A stretch of 64,000 bases of DNA from Anaerolineae bacterium. Its GTDB lineage: Bacteria; Chloroflexota; Anaerolineae; S140-20. Positions 17,888 to 27,966 of this stretch are shown here, piece after piece; the stretch's first letter is position 1; each line of letters starts with the position of its first letter. The stretch spans positions 29,535 to 93,534 of the forward strand of contig JALUTT010000073.1 in NCBI GenBank assembly GCA_027021705.1, read 5' to 3'. The notes under the pieces are model-generated. The model had not been told where the DNA came from and did no database searches. It saw nothing but the letters and a program-made list of their open reading frames with translations. Position numbers and translations under genes: made by a program.

Positions 17888-19954
17888 TCAGGGCTCGACG
17901 GGCGATACCGGTAGGTCGGACGTGGACGATTCGGCTTCTGGAGCGTTCGTCGAGTTCATCGTCGGACAGCCCTCGTCCACGATGTCCTGGCCGTTGTTGC
18001 GGAACCGGTTGCCCACCTCTTGGAAGTTGGTGGCGCAGTAGAGGTAGATGCCAACGTCGTTGTTCTTGATGAGGTTCCGCTTGGCCAGGGTGTTGTCGGA
18101 GGTGTCCACCACGATGCCGTAGCCGTTGCCCAGCACCTTGTTGAAGGCCAGTCGGGCGTTGTTCGACTCCCAGAGGTAGATGCCGTAGTCGTTCCCCTTC
18201 ACCGTGCTGCGCTCGAAGTTGAGATTGTGGGACTGGTAGGCGATGGCCCCGTACTCGCTGGCTTCGAGCCTCATCCCTCGGACGGAGACATCGTCGGCGA
18301 AGACAAGGTAAAGGGCGACCTGGCTATCGGTTCCACGGCTGCTCATCACCCGAGCCCCCGGCGCGTCGAGGAGCAAGTAGCCGCTGGCTGCCCAGTAGGG
18401 GCCGGTGTAGGCGATGCCGGTGACGAAGTTACCGTTGTAGATGGAACCGGTCGCGCCAAAGCCGATCTGGATGCCGTTCTGGGCGATCTTGTCCGTCGGC
18501 CCCCAACCGTAGACCCGGTTCTTCTTGATGTAGGCGATGGTGGTGCCGGTGCCGTAGTAGGAGTTGGCGGTGATGCCGTTCTTCTGGAAGTCTCTGACCG
18601 TGTTGCGCTCGATCCAGACCTTGCTGGTGCCGCCGTCCCGGCTCAACACGTAGATGCCTCCACCGCTCTGGCAGCCCTCGTAGCCGGGTGGGTGCTTGAT
18701 GCCCTTGATCTTGTTCCACTGGATTTTGCCGCTGGCGTTGAAGTAGTAGATGCCGTGGAAGCGCTCATCTCCACCCACACAGCCGGGGTAGCCACGCCCA
18801 TCGCCGTCAATGGTGAAGTTGCGCACGATGACGCGGTCGGCGTTCTTGACCCAGACGATGGGGCCTTTCTGGTCAGGCACGGCCAGGATGGTCGCCTTGT
18901 AGCGGGGGCGTCCTTCCAGCGTCAGGTTCTTGCCGTCAACGACCACCTGTTCCTCATAGGTTCCCTCGTGGACGATCACCTTGCCCCCGTCGGCCACGGC
19001 ATTCACCCCGTCTTGGATGGTGGCGAAGGCGTTGTAGCCGAAGATCCAGCCGGGGAGGACCTCTTCCTTGGGCGGCGTGCCGGCCCAGTCATCGTCCACC
19101 TTGACCACGGGAGGCGCCGGCAGGGCCATGCAGCCCGTGATGGTGATGTCGGAGAGGACGACATCGCCATAGGTGTCGTCGGGAGCCCAGAGCCCGGCGA
19201 AGAGCTGCATCCAGGCCATATCGCCCTTGAAGCTCAGGCCGGCGGGGTAGATGTCGGGCTCGTCGTCCTTCCAGCCGGCGGTGTAGAAGCCGGTGGGGAT
19301 CCCGTTGACGGTGGCGAACATCGTGCCCAGATTGGCGTTGACGGCGTGATAGGAGATCTCGATGTGGTAGATGCCACCGGTGTTGTAGGTCCCGCCGTCC
19401 ACCATCCCCCACATCACCGCCTGCCACGGGTCAACGCCGTCGCGGTCGAACCAGATGCCGTAGTTGTCGTAGGTACCAAAGGGGGCGACGACGGTATCGG
19501 GGTCGGTGGCATCGTAGTCGCGCTCGTCCCGTCCGCCGGAAGCGGCGAGGTTGTGCTTGTCGTCCAGGTCCTGGCTCTCAGGATCGGTGTCCAGGTCCCC
19601 GACGAGGGAGACCATCCAGCCGCCCTTGCCCCCCTGATAGGTGTCCCAGGGGCCTGGATTGAAGTTGCTGGCTCCCAGTTCGCGGAGCCCTACCTCAGTG
19701 TATGAGGTCTGCCAGGGTCCGGGCTGGGTGATCCCCGTCATGTCAATGGTGTAGGAGAGGGTGAGATCGCATTGGGTCAGGTCCCAGACCTCGCTCCAGT
19801 TGGTTGCCGTGTAGGCGGGGCTTAGGGTCAGGGTACCGTAATGGACGGTCGTGGGGGAGGGACCACTCGCTGTGATCGGTGCCGCGAAGACTGACGTGGT
19901 TGCCAGTACCGCAATCAGTACGAGGATCCGTAGGGTTCGACTTCGCGTTGTCAT
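17888..19954 (-). CDS. Secreted right-handed parallel beta-helix (pectate-lyase-like) repeat protein
   Basis: Signal peptide MTTRSRTLRILVLIAVLATTSVFA. PbH1-type repeats (NNARLAFNKVLGNGYGIVVDTSDNTLAKRNLIKNNDVGIYLY, ERNTVRDFQKNGITAN...). Confidence 0.75.
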   Translation of the reverse strand: MTTRSRTLRILVLIAVLATTSVFAAPITASGPSPTTVHYGTLTLSPAYTATNWSEVWDLTQCDLTLSYTIDMTGITQPGPWQTSYTEVGLRELGASNFNPGPWDTYQGGKGGWMVSLVGDLDTDPESQDLDDKHNLAASGGRDERDYDATDPDTVVAPFGTYDNYGIWFDRDGVDPWQAVMWGMVDGGTYNTGGIYHIEISYHAVNANLGTMFATVNGIPTGFYTAGWKDDEPDIYPAGLSFKGDMAWMQLFAGLWAPDDTYGDVVLSDITITGCMALPAPPVVKVDDDWAGTPPKEEVLPGWIFGYNAFATIQDGVNAVADGGKVIVHEGTYEEQVVVDGKNLTLEGRPRYKATILAVPDQKGPIVWVKNADRVIVRNFTIDGDGRGYPGCVGGDERFHGIYYFNASGKIQWNKIKGIKHPPGYEGCQSGGGIYVLSRDGGTSKVWIERNTVRDFQKNGITANSYYGTGTTIAYIKKNRVYGWGPTDKIAQNGIQIGFGATGSIYNGNFVTGIAYTGPYWAASGYLLLDAPGARVMSSRGTDSQVALYLVFADDVSVRGMRLEASEYGAIAYQSHNLNFERSTVKGNDYGIYLWESNNARLAFNKVLGNGYGIVVDTSDNTLAKRNLIKNNDVGIYLYCATNFQEVGNRFRNNGQDIVDEGCPTMNSTNAPEAESSTSDLPVSPVEP

Positions 19955-20483
19955 TGGTGTACCTCCTGAGTCGGATAAGCGGGGGAGGCCCGCCCAGTAC
20001 GCCCTCGGTTGTTCCCGATTCTCATCCTATGGTCATCACCCCAAGTGATCCTCCCGGCCGGTACGTGGGGCTTTTGTCAATGTGCCCAGAGTCAAACCTC
20101 TCCGGTCGTTCGATCACCTCCTTTCCGACAAAAAATAAGCCCCACCATCCACGCCGTGCGTGGCCTTGGTGTGGCTCGATCTTCCCCGGCCGACCATGAC
20201 CTGCCTCCCGTCAGGGTAGGGGAGCGGTGAGGGCAGCGATGCCGGAAACCGTGATCTTATGGAAGGCGATTTGCGCGATGATTTGGAAGAGAGTTGTCCT
20301 CGGAGGATAGTGTGGCGCAGAAGTGTTGGAAAACGGTAAGGAGAGTGTTGGAAATTGGTTAGAATCCCCATTGGTTACGGAGGGCCTGTGGCCGTGGCAG
20401 AAACGCTACCGGCCCCGGAATCCTCGATGCCGGGGCCGGCCCCAGACAGCACTCAACCAATCCACCAATGATGCCGCACCGCC

Positions 20484-23400
20484 TTACGGCCACCAGCGGC
20501 CTACATCTTGGATGGCCTGGAAGGTCCCGACAATGGCCTCTGGTCCGCCCAGGGCGTAGATAAGGGGGGCGAGGGCGCTCAGGTCGGAGAGGAGGTCCCG
20601 GCGGGTGCGCCGGGCGAGTGTGTGGAGCGTCTCCCGCCAGAGATCGTGGACGGCGTTTCGGTTCCGCTTTGCCCAGTTGGCCAAAGGGGAGGCCAGTGCC
20701 GAGAGCATCTTTCCCCGGGCACGGGTGTTCTCAACGTCCCGGGCGATCCTCAAAGTCTCCTTCAGGTCTTCTCTCGGGAGCATCTGCGGCAGGGAGGAGG
20801 CCAACTCTTCCAGTGCTTCGGCCTGTCTCTCAGCGTCCTTCTCCTCTCGCAGCGCGTCCAGAGCGTTCCGCAGAGCGTGTTCCTGCTCCGGCTCCGGCAG
20901 GTGGGGGATCAGACGGGCCAGAACCTGAACCCGCCGGGTCGGCCGGACGATCTCCTCCGTGGCCATCATAGCCTCTAGGAGTGCCTGCCTCCGTAGCGCT
21001 TCCGGCGGATGGAACAAGGCCAGTTCCCGAAGTTCCTCGGCTCGCGTGGCCGCATCGGAGATCCCTCGGATCGTGGAGAGGGCCTCCAGCCAGCGGCCTT
21101 GTCCTGCCATAAGGCGTGCAATGGCCCTCAACACGCGATCGAACTGCCTCCTGGACCCATTGCCCCGAAGCGTTGGGGCAGCCCTCGCGACTTCCCATAG
21201 CATGGTCTCCCACGGGGAAAAGGCCGGTTCCTCTCCCATTTCCCAGAGTATTTGCTGCCGTAGGGCCGCAGGAAGGTAGGAGAGGTGAAGCAGTTCCCAC
21301 ACCACAGAGGCTTGGATCCAAGGGTCCTCAATCCCTCGTGCCGCTTCCCACGCTTCCCATAGGGCCTCTTCCCGTTGCGGAGGGGGCAGGTGGGCGGCCA
21401 ACACCCGCAGAGTCTGGGCTCGCAGACTCTTGTCCTCGATCTCCCCCGCCGCCGACAGAGCTTTCTGCTGGACACCTTCTCGCAGCGTCGCCTCCGGGAA
21501 GTTGTGAGAGAGCAATCTTAGCAGGGCGTCAGCTTGCTGCCATGGGTCCTCGATCTGCGAGGCCGTTTCCACAGCTTCCTGCAGGGCCTCCTGTTGTCGT
21601 GGCTTCGACTCCTGCTGTTGTGACTCCGACTCCTGTTGTCGTGGCTCTGAGAGGTGGAGAGCCAGTTGCGCCAGCAGGTTGACCCGTAGGTAGGGGTCCT
21701 GGACGTTCCGGGTGGCTTGCCAGGCGTTCTGAAGGGCCTTTTCGCGATCCTGGGCTGAGAGATGGGGGGCAATGTCGGCCAGAGTCTGTGCCCGCCGGTA
21801 CTCGTTGGTGATTTCGCGGGCTGCGGCCAGGGCCTCCTGGAGGGCCGCCCCCCGCTCCCCCCCCGCCAAGTGACGGGCCAGCTCGATCAACGTCCTGGCT
21901 TGTGCACCCCTATCCCCGATGCCCTGGACGGTTGCCAGAGCCTCTTGGAGAGCCCGCTTGCGGGGGGATGGCGGCAAGCGAGGAGCCAGTTCCAGGAGCA
22001 CCTCCACCCGTGTCCGGGGGTCTCGGACCTCCCGGGCCGCCGTCAACGCCTCCCGGAGGACTTGTTGCCGTGCCGATTTCGACAAGTAGTAGGAGGTAGC
22101 CAGGTGCAAGAGCGTGCGGGCCCGAACCGGCGCGTCCCGAATCTGCCGCGCTGCGACCAGCGCTTCCGTGATGTAACCCTGTCTCGCCAGGCGCCGGACT
22201 TGGGTCTGGGGTAGCTCGACAGGCATCGTCCTTCTCCGAAGCACCGAGGCGGCTTTCTGGATCGCTTGCAAAGCTTGCTCTTCCCACTTCGGTGGGAGGT
22301 GATGGCTCAGCGCCAGGAGGGTCTCTATCCGAAGATGGGCATCTTGAATGCGCTGCGCTGCTGCCAAGGCCTCTAGACTCCGGCCCTGCTGCGCCAGACC
22401 CAATGCCCGGTCCCTGAACTCCTCATCCTGCGGGTTGCCCTCGCGGAGATCCCGGGCGGCTGCCAGCGCTTCCTCCAGGACAGGGGCGTACTGGGATGCC
22501 GGCAGATACTCGATCAGGCTGAGCAGGGCTCCGGCGCGGATCCGAGCATCCCGGATCGTTCGCGCCACGTCCAACGCCTCGCGCAGCAGCGTCTCCGGGA
22601 GGTAGGGGGCCAGGGAGGCCAGGGCCTGAGCCCGTTGCTCCTCCCGCTCGATTCCCCGGGCGGCTGTCAGCGCTTCCCGGACGGCCCGTTCTCGCTGCTC
22701 GTCCGATACGTAAGAGCAGGAAGCAAGAGCCAGAAAAGCCTCGACCTGCTCTTTGGCATCGCGGGTATTCCGAGCTACGGCCCAGGCTCGTGCTAATAAG
22801 CGCTGCTTCCACGTTTCGTTCGGCAGGTGGGGAACCAGATCCAACAGGGCTGCTACCTGATCTGGGCCTTTTCGGATACTCCTCACAGCCCTGCTCGCTT
22901 CGTGCCAGTCTCCCTGCTCGGCCCAGTGTCGGGCCAGCATCTTCAACACGTTATCCTCTAAGCTCTCTGTCTCCTGTACGGCCGCCTGTGCAACTTGTAC
23001 CGCCTTGGCTCGCAACGCTTCCGACAGGTGAGGAAACAGGTCTGCAAGCGTCCGGATCCGTATCTCCACTCTCTCGATGTTGCTGGCTATGCTCAGGGCC
23101 TCTTCCTGCAGTGCTTCCGGCGAATGGGGAGCCAGGGTTCTGAGGATTGCGGCCTTCCATTCCTCCTCCTCAATCGCCCTCACCGTGGATAGGGCCTCCT
23201 GCCAGAGGGATTCCCGTTCCGACTCGGTTAGAGCGGGACAGGTTGCGATCTCCCGAAGTGCCTGGATCCGATCCTCGGGCCATAGAATCCCTTGGGTGGC
23301 TTTCCGGGCTTTCTTCACGGCTTCTCCCTGTTGCCTATCTGGCAGGTGGGGAATCAGCTTTACGAGCGCTGACACGCGCTCTCGTTCGTCGGCAATCCGC

Positions 23401-26153
23401 GATGTTGCTTCCAACACCTCCTGCAGAGTTTGCTCCCGCTCCGGTTCGGGCATATAAGGAGCTAGGCCGGCGAGGGCCTTGATCCGGTCATCCCTGTCCT
23501 CAATCTGCCTGGCTATGGTCCATGCCCCTTGGAGTAAGGTCTCGTCCCTCTCGAGAGAAGGAGCCAGCCCGGCGAGGGCTTCTGCCCGGACCTCGGTCCA
23601 TTCGATCTGCTGAACGACCGCTAGTGCCTTTGAGAAGAGGTCTTGGGACAGATGGGGGGCCAGCTTCACCAGTGCCTCCGCCCGTTGCCCCGCGTCCGGC
23701 GCCTGCCGGGCGTAGGCCAGCCCTTGGGCCGGAGGCCACTCCTTTTTCTCCACCAGTGCCGCCAGCAGTTGTGGGGGGATGTTCTTGGCCAGGCTGTTGA
23801 GGGAGGCAGTGATGAGGGCGTAGCGGCATTGGAGGGCGATGTCCTCACCCCTCTCCCCGGCCCCCTCCCCTCTCCCACCCGGTGAGAGAGGGGAGGGGGT
23901 GGCGGCGGCCGCTGTCGGGGGTTCTTCCACCAGCCCCCAGGCTCGCGCCACGTCGGTCAGGAAGCCGTCGGTGTCTCCCACGGCCTCCTTAGTCGCGTAC
24001 CAGGCGTTCTCGTGCCGGCGGCGCTGGTGGGTCCGCTTCTGGCCCGGAAGTTGGCCAGGCCGCTCCTTCGGCCCAGGGCAGGTGTAGGGCACCTCCTCTT
24101 CATGCACCCATTCCACCCGCAACAGGCGATGCAGGTCCTCCCCCCGGCCCGCCCCTTCCAAGTGGGCCGCCAGGTGGCGCAGGCCGTAGCCGCCGTCCAG
24201 GTCCCGCCTCCCCGGCTCCCGCAGCCCCGGCAGCCCCGCCTCTAGCCCGCTCCAGGCCGCCAGGTACCGGTCGGCGATGCGGGCGTGGGCCTGCTGCGTG
24301 GCCGCCGCCAGCTCCTCCGTCAGGCTCCGCTCCACCTCCGTCAGCCGCTCTAGGTCGGCCCGCCCGTCCAGGAACTCCCGCAGGCTGGCGTGGTAGAGGC
24401 GGTAGCGGCGGTCCCCTGCGGTGCCCTCCACGGCCAGGAAGGGCCGCCAGGCCTCCCGCAGTAACCGCTCCAGATCAGGCCGCACCTCCACCCCGGCCAG
24501 GGTGCAGAGCCGAGGGAAGGGGAGGGCCTCTTGGGCGGCGGCCAGGGTGCTCAGCAGAGGGAGGTAGTCGGTGTACCATCGGGGATCATCCCGCCACCGA
24601 CTCCAGTACTGGGCGTAGTACTGCCACACGCCCTCCGGCAGGGTCGCCAGGTCCAGGGGGGAGCGCTCCCCGCGCTCGATCTCGCCCACCACGTAGTGCA
24701 GGTAGATCCACACCCCCCGGCATTTCTCCAGCAGCGCGGCCACGAACTGCTCCCGCGCATACCCCTGCTCGGCCAGGGCCCGGGCCACCCCCGACCAGGT
24801 GGCGGCCGCCTCCAGGTAGGCCCGCATATCGGCCCGGTTCTTCTCGCTCTGGGCTTCCAGGCGAAAGACCCGGCGCGGCCCCTCCACCCGCAGCGTCACC
24901 GCCACCGGCCGCTGGGAGATGATGAGGTAGACGCCTTGGGGGAGCACGCGCGGCAAGCCCAGGACGTTCTGGCCCGGCGGGGTTCCGGCCTCGTCCAGGC
25001 CGTCCACCACCAGGACGATTTGCTCTCCGGGCCGCACCTCGTCCCGCTTGCGGGCCGCCTCGAAGAGCAGGTTCAGGAGGAAGTGGGGGCGGGCTGCCGA
25101 GCCGGGCAGCACCCCCTCGGCCTGATGGGGGTCGAGCAGCCAGGCCCGCACCAATTGGGCGGCCAGGTTGCGTAGGCCGGTGGCGTCGTCACCGGGGGCC
25201 AGTTCCACGAAGTGGTGGATGTACCCCTGGGTCTTCACCAGGTGGGCCAGGAAGGTGGTCTTGCCCAACCCGGCGGCGGCTTCCAGGACGAACAGACCCC
25301 GGTCGTTATCCCGCAGGAAGGCGTCCACCTCGGCGGTCAGCCACTCCCGGCCCACGAAGCGGTCCAGCTTCACCCGCTCGAAGACGGACCAAGGGGGGAT
25401 GTAGGCGTCCCGCAGCCGCTCGTAATCACCGACGAAGACCCGGTTGTGGTCGCCGGTGATGAGGATGCTATGGATGGCCTGGCCGCCGATGGAGATGCTG
25501 CACTCACCGGAGGGTTCCTCGGGCTTCTCCGGCGGGTGCAGTTCCAGAGGCTCCGGGCACAGGGCCTGCACCGTCTCGGCGGGGATGGCGTAGGCGTAGC
25601 GTACTCTGGGAGCATCCTCTTCCTCAGGACGCCTCATATCGCGGTAACGGGTGATCATCCCGACCACGCGCCCGGTGACGATGTCCAGCACCGGCGCGCC
25701 GCTGAGGCCCCTGTCCACTTCAGGTCCCTGGACCTGGAGTAGGCGGATGGGCCAGCCTTGCACCGGCACCAGCCCACCGATCTTCGCCTGGGGCCAGCGG
25801 GCGAGCGCAGGGCCGTCCGCCGGGTAGCCCAGGGCCTGGTAGGGATGGCCGTTGCTCCCGTGGGCCGGGCCCAAGGTGGCGGGGTGTGTTCCTTCGGGCA
25901 ACACCCCAACCACCCGCAGGAAGGCCACATCCTTCTCCGGTTGCCAGCCCTTGGGGAGGACCTCGGCCTCCGCCGGTTCACCTCCAACGTGGAAGGCAAG
26001 CCGCACCCGCTTGCCCGGGCAGGCTCCGGCGGCCTCGACCACGTGCACGCAGGTCACCACCAGGTCCGGGCGCACGAGAAAGCCGGTGCCTATCGTCCGG
26101 CCCCTGGCGTTTTCGACGCGGACAACGCAAGCCTCCAGATCCGTTGCTTCCAC
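20484..26153 (-). CDS. Giant tripartite protein: N-terminal trypsin-like Ser protease (S1 fold) - STAND/NACHT-like P-loop NTPase - ~1000-aa HEAT/PBS-lyase-like repeat array
   Basis: 1889 aa, GTG start. Protease triad in chymotrypsin order: His in DLVVTCVHVV, Asp in EKDVAFLRV, Ser in GLSGAPVLD (aa ~1-200; nt ~25554-26153). NTPase: Walker A EAAAGLGKTTFLAHL (~nt 25270), Walker B QIVLVVDGLDEAG (~nt 25030), then winged-helix-like region. About 30 tandem ~31-aa repeats of the form A(R/L)xIxDxxxRaxALaxLAPHLP...ALqEAL, from aa ~800 to the end (nt ~20484-23750). Confidence 0.85.
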   Translation of the reverse strand: MEATDLEACVVRVENARGRTIGTGFLVRPDLVVTCVHVVEAAGACPGKRVRLAFHVGGEPAEAEVLPKGWQPEKDVAFLRVVGVLPEGTHPATLGPAHGSNGHPYQALGYPADGPALARWPQAKIGGLVPVQGWPIRLLQVQGPEVDRGLSGAPVLDIVTGRVVGMITRYRDMRRPEEEDAPRVRYAYAIPAETVQALCPEPLELHPPEKPEEPSGECSISIGGQAIHSILITGDHNRVFVGDYERLRDAYIPPWSVFERVKLDRFVGREWLTAEVDAFLRDNDRGLFVLEAAAGLGKTTFLAHLVKTQGYIHHFVELAPGDDATGLRNLAAQLVRAWLLDPHQAEGVLPGSAARPHFLLNLLFEAARKRDEVRPGEQIVLVVDGLDEAGTPPGQNVLGLPRVLPQGVYLIISQRPVAVTLRVEGPRRVFRLEAQSEKNRADMRAYLEAAATWSGVARALAEQGYAREQFVAALLEKCRGVWIYLHYVVGEIERGERSPLDLATLPEGVWQYYAQYWSRWRDDPRWYTDYLPLLSTLAAAQEALPFPRLCTLAGVEVRPDLERLLREAWRPFLAVEGTAGDRRYRLYHASLREFLDGRADLERLTEVERSLTEELAAATQQAHARIADRYLAAWSGLEAGLPGLREPGRRDLDGGYGLRHLAAHLEGAGRGEDLHRLLRVEWVHEEEVPYTCPGPKERPGQLPGQKRTHQRRRHENAWYATKEAVGDTDGFLTDVARAWGLVEEPPTAAAATPSPLSPGGRGEGAGERGEDIALQCRYALITASLNSLAKNIPPQLLAALVEKKEWPPAQGLAYARQAPDAGQRAEALVKLAPHLSQDLFSKALAVVQQIEWTEVRAEALAGLAPSLERDETLLQGAWTIARQIEDRDDRIKALAGLAPYMPEPEREQTLQEVLEATSRIADERERVSALVKLIPHLPDRQQGEAVKKARKATQGILWPEDRIQALREIATCPALTESERESLWQEALSTVRAIEEEEWKAAILRTLAPHSPEALQEEALSIASNIERVEIRIRTLADLFPHLSEALRAKAVQVAQAAVQETESLEDNVLKMLARHWAEQGDWHEASRAVRSIRKGPDQVAALLDLVPHLPNETWKQRLLARAWAVARNTRDAKEQVEAFLALASCSYVSDEQRERAVREALTAARGIEREEQRAQALASLAPYLPETLLREALDVARTIRDARIRAGALLSLIEYLPASQYAPVLEEALAAARDLREGNPQDEEFRDRALGLAQQGRSLEALAAAQRIQDAHLRIETLLALSHHLPPKWEEQALQAIQKAASVLRRRTMPVELPQTQVRRLARQGYITEALVAARQIRDAPVRARTLLHLATSYYLSKSARQQVLREALTAAREVRDPRTRVEVLLELAPRLPPSPRKRALQEALATVQGIGDRGAQARTLIELARHLAGGERGAALQEALAAAREITNEYRRAQTLADIAPHLSAQDREKALQNAWQATRNVQDPYLRVNLLAQLALHLSEPRQQESESQQQESKPRQQEALQEAVETASQIEDPWQQADALLRLLSHNFPEATLREGVQQKALSAAGEIEDKSLRAQTLRVLAAHLPPPQREEALWEAWEAARGIEDPWIQASVVWELLHLSYLPAALRQQILWEMGEEPAFSPWETMLWEVARAAPTLRGNGSRRQFDRVLRAIARLMAGQGRWLEALSTIRGISDAATRAEELRELALFHPPEALRRQALLEAMMATEEIVRPTRRVQVLARLIPHLPEPEQEHALRNALDALREEKDAERQAEALEELASSLPQMLPREDLKETLRIARDVENTRARGKMLSALASPLANWAKRNRNAVHDLWRETLHTLARRTRRDLLSDLSALAPLIYALGGPEAIVGTFQAIQDVGRWWP

Positions 26154-26496
26154 CGCTCAACCCTATCCCTTGTTTTGTCCGTGCTGTCTCAAAAGCATTG
26201 ATGAGCTTATGCCGCATTTGCGCAATGATCGGCTCCTCATCTGCTCCAGATCATCGGAGAACACCGCGCCTTTTGGGGGAGGGAGGAGGATGTGGGCAAC
26301 TAAGCTGACGGACAAGGGGCTCTTTCCAGGAATGCCTTCCCGCGCATCCTGGATGGCGCCATCACTCCTGTCATCGGCCATTGTATGACAACTGGTCAGA
26401 AAAGTCAAGGAATTTACGCAACAACACAGTACAAATCCCCCAAGATACGCGATGCGCAATACGTGTCACACAATGCGACGCGACACGATTTCCCCG

Positions 26497-26647
26497 GTGA
26501 TTACCCATATCTTTGGAGATAGGGAAACGAGCCGTCCACGAATGGGGCACGAATACACGAATCAAGGACCGCCTCATTCGTGCATTTGTGAGAAATTCGT
26601 GGACGGCCTGCTACGGACCACTCTCTCGCTCCCTTGTGGGTAATCAC
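26497..26647. mobile_element. MITE-like palindromic element A, copy 2 (151 bp)
   Basis: About 95% identical to copy 1. Flanked by a 9-bp direct repeat CGATTTCCC (26486-26494 and 26650-26658). It lies between the giant gene's upstream leader and the divergent FtsK-like gene. Confidence 0.7.
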
Positions 26648-26751
26648 CGCGATTTCCCTCTTGACACAGAACAAATGTTCTGGTATCATGTAGCCAGCCC
26701 CTTCCACCGCGTGACAGGCAACCCGCCATACGCATCGCCCGAGGTGTTCCG

Positions 26752-27777
26752 ATGGCCCGCAAGACCAACCGTCAGCTCCTAGAGCTCCAGGCCGATCGCA
26801 TCGAGATGGTCCTGGCCCGGCACAGGGCTCCCGCTCGCGTCGCCGGCGGTGTCGTCACCCCCCGCTGGGTCCGCTTCCACCTGCTCCCCGCCCTGGGGAC
26901 CTCCCTGGCCCGCATCAAGCGCCTCTCCGAGGAGCTGGCTCTCGCCCTGGGTGCCCCCGCCTGCCGCATCAGTCGCCGGGGAGAGCAGTTGGCCCTGGAG
27001 GTTCCCCGTCCCGACCCCCAGCCGGTGCGGCTGCTCCCTTTGCTCCGCTCCCTGGCCCCCCTCCCCTTTGGCACGGCCCTGCTGGGGCTGGCCGAGGATG
27101 GCGCTCCCCTGCTGCTCCGCTTCCCCTCCCCCGACGTGACCCACGTCCTGGTGGCCGGCACCACGGGGTCGGGCAAGACGGCCCTCCTGCGGACCATCAT
27201 CCTCTCCCTGGCCCTGAGCCACCGGCCCCGCGAGTGGGGCTTCGTCTTGGTAGATCCGAAGGGCCGGGCCTTCGAGGGGCTGGCGGGGCTGCCCCACCTG
27301 GTGAGGCCCATCATTCGGGAGGTGGACGACGCCCAGAGCGTGCTGGAGGAGGTGGTCGAGCTGATGGAGCGGCGAGATCGGGAAGGGGTGGCGGAGCCCC
27401 GGCTGCTGGTCGTGGTGGACGAACTGGCGGACCTGCTGCTGGTGGGGAGACGGGGAGGGAGGGGACAGCCATCGGTGTTGCCCCTCCTGGTGCGGCTGGC
27501 CCAGCGAGGACGGGAGGCCGGGGTACACCTGCTGGTGGCGACCCAGAAACCGTCGGCGGCGGTGGTGGGGACGCTGTTGCGGGCCAACTTCCCGGTGCGG
27601 CTGGTAGGACGGGTGGCAAGCTCGGAGGATGCGCGGGTGGCGGCGGGGCGCGGGGGCACCGGGGCGGAGCGGTTGCTGGGACGGGGGGACTTCCTGGCGG
27701 TGGCAGGCGGGCAGGTGGTGCGCTTCCAGGCAGCCTACGTAGGGCAGGACGAGATTCGCCGGTTCGGAGGTGCGTGA
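26752..27777 (+). CDS. FtsK/SpoIIIE-family motor-only ATPase (mini-FtsK; no TM or gamma domain)
   Basis: Walker A HVLVAGTTGSGKTALLRTII, Walker B RLLVVVDELADLL, FtsK arginine-finger region HLLVATQKPSAAVVGTLLRANFPVRLVGRVASSEDARV...GRGDFL. Only 341 aa. Confidence 0.75.
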   Translation: MARKTNRQLLELQADRIEMVLARHRAPARVAGGVVTPRWVRFHLLPALGTSLARIKRLSEELALALGAPACRISRRGEQLALEVPRPDPQPVRLLPLLRSLAPLPFGTALLGLAEDGAPLLLRFPSPDVTHVLVAGTTGSGKTALLRTIILSLALSHRPREWGFVLVDPKGRAFEGLAGLPHLVRPIIREVDDAQSVLEEVVELMERRDREGVAEPRLLVVVDELADLLLVGRRGGRGQPSVLPLLVRLAQRGREAGVHLLVATQKPSAAVVGTLLRANFPVRLVGRVASSEDARVAAGRGGTGAERLLGRGDFLAVAGGQVVRFQAAYVGQDEIRRFGGA

Positions 27778-27821
27778 TGAGCATCCTGGGCACGCCACGC
27801 AATGCGCCTGGCGCGACTGGA

Positions 27822-27955
27822 ATAGGAGGCGTAACTGTTCACCCTCCCGCAGGCTGGGCGCGTTTCCGACGCGAAACCGTGCTTCAAATAGCCCATCGGG
27901 GCTGCAAGCGCCCTCGACCGGTGACCTGCGGGAGGGTAGGCTGAATAGATACGAG
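27822..27955. repeat. Palindromic repeat family B, copy B2 (inverted relative to B1)
   Basis: The reverse complement matches 843-972 closely over the stems and flanks; the central ~70-nt loop shows multiple substitutions and indels. Perfect 12-bp stem CCCTCCCGCAGG / CCTGCGGGAGGG. Confidence 0.6.
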
Positions 27956-27966
27956 GAGGCGGTGCG

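Noticed and set aside
20000-20484. Possible terminator or sRNA in the 500-bp noncoding region downstream of the giant gene
   Set aside because: Only weak, imperfect stem-loops (GGGGCTTTT / AAAATAAGCCCC) without a convincing U-tract on the relevant strand.
26163-26459. 98-aa ORF on the minus strand upstream of the giant gene
   Set aside because: It lies in the AT-richer leader/promoter region, has atypical composition and no RBS. It is more likely noncoding.
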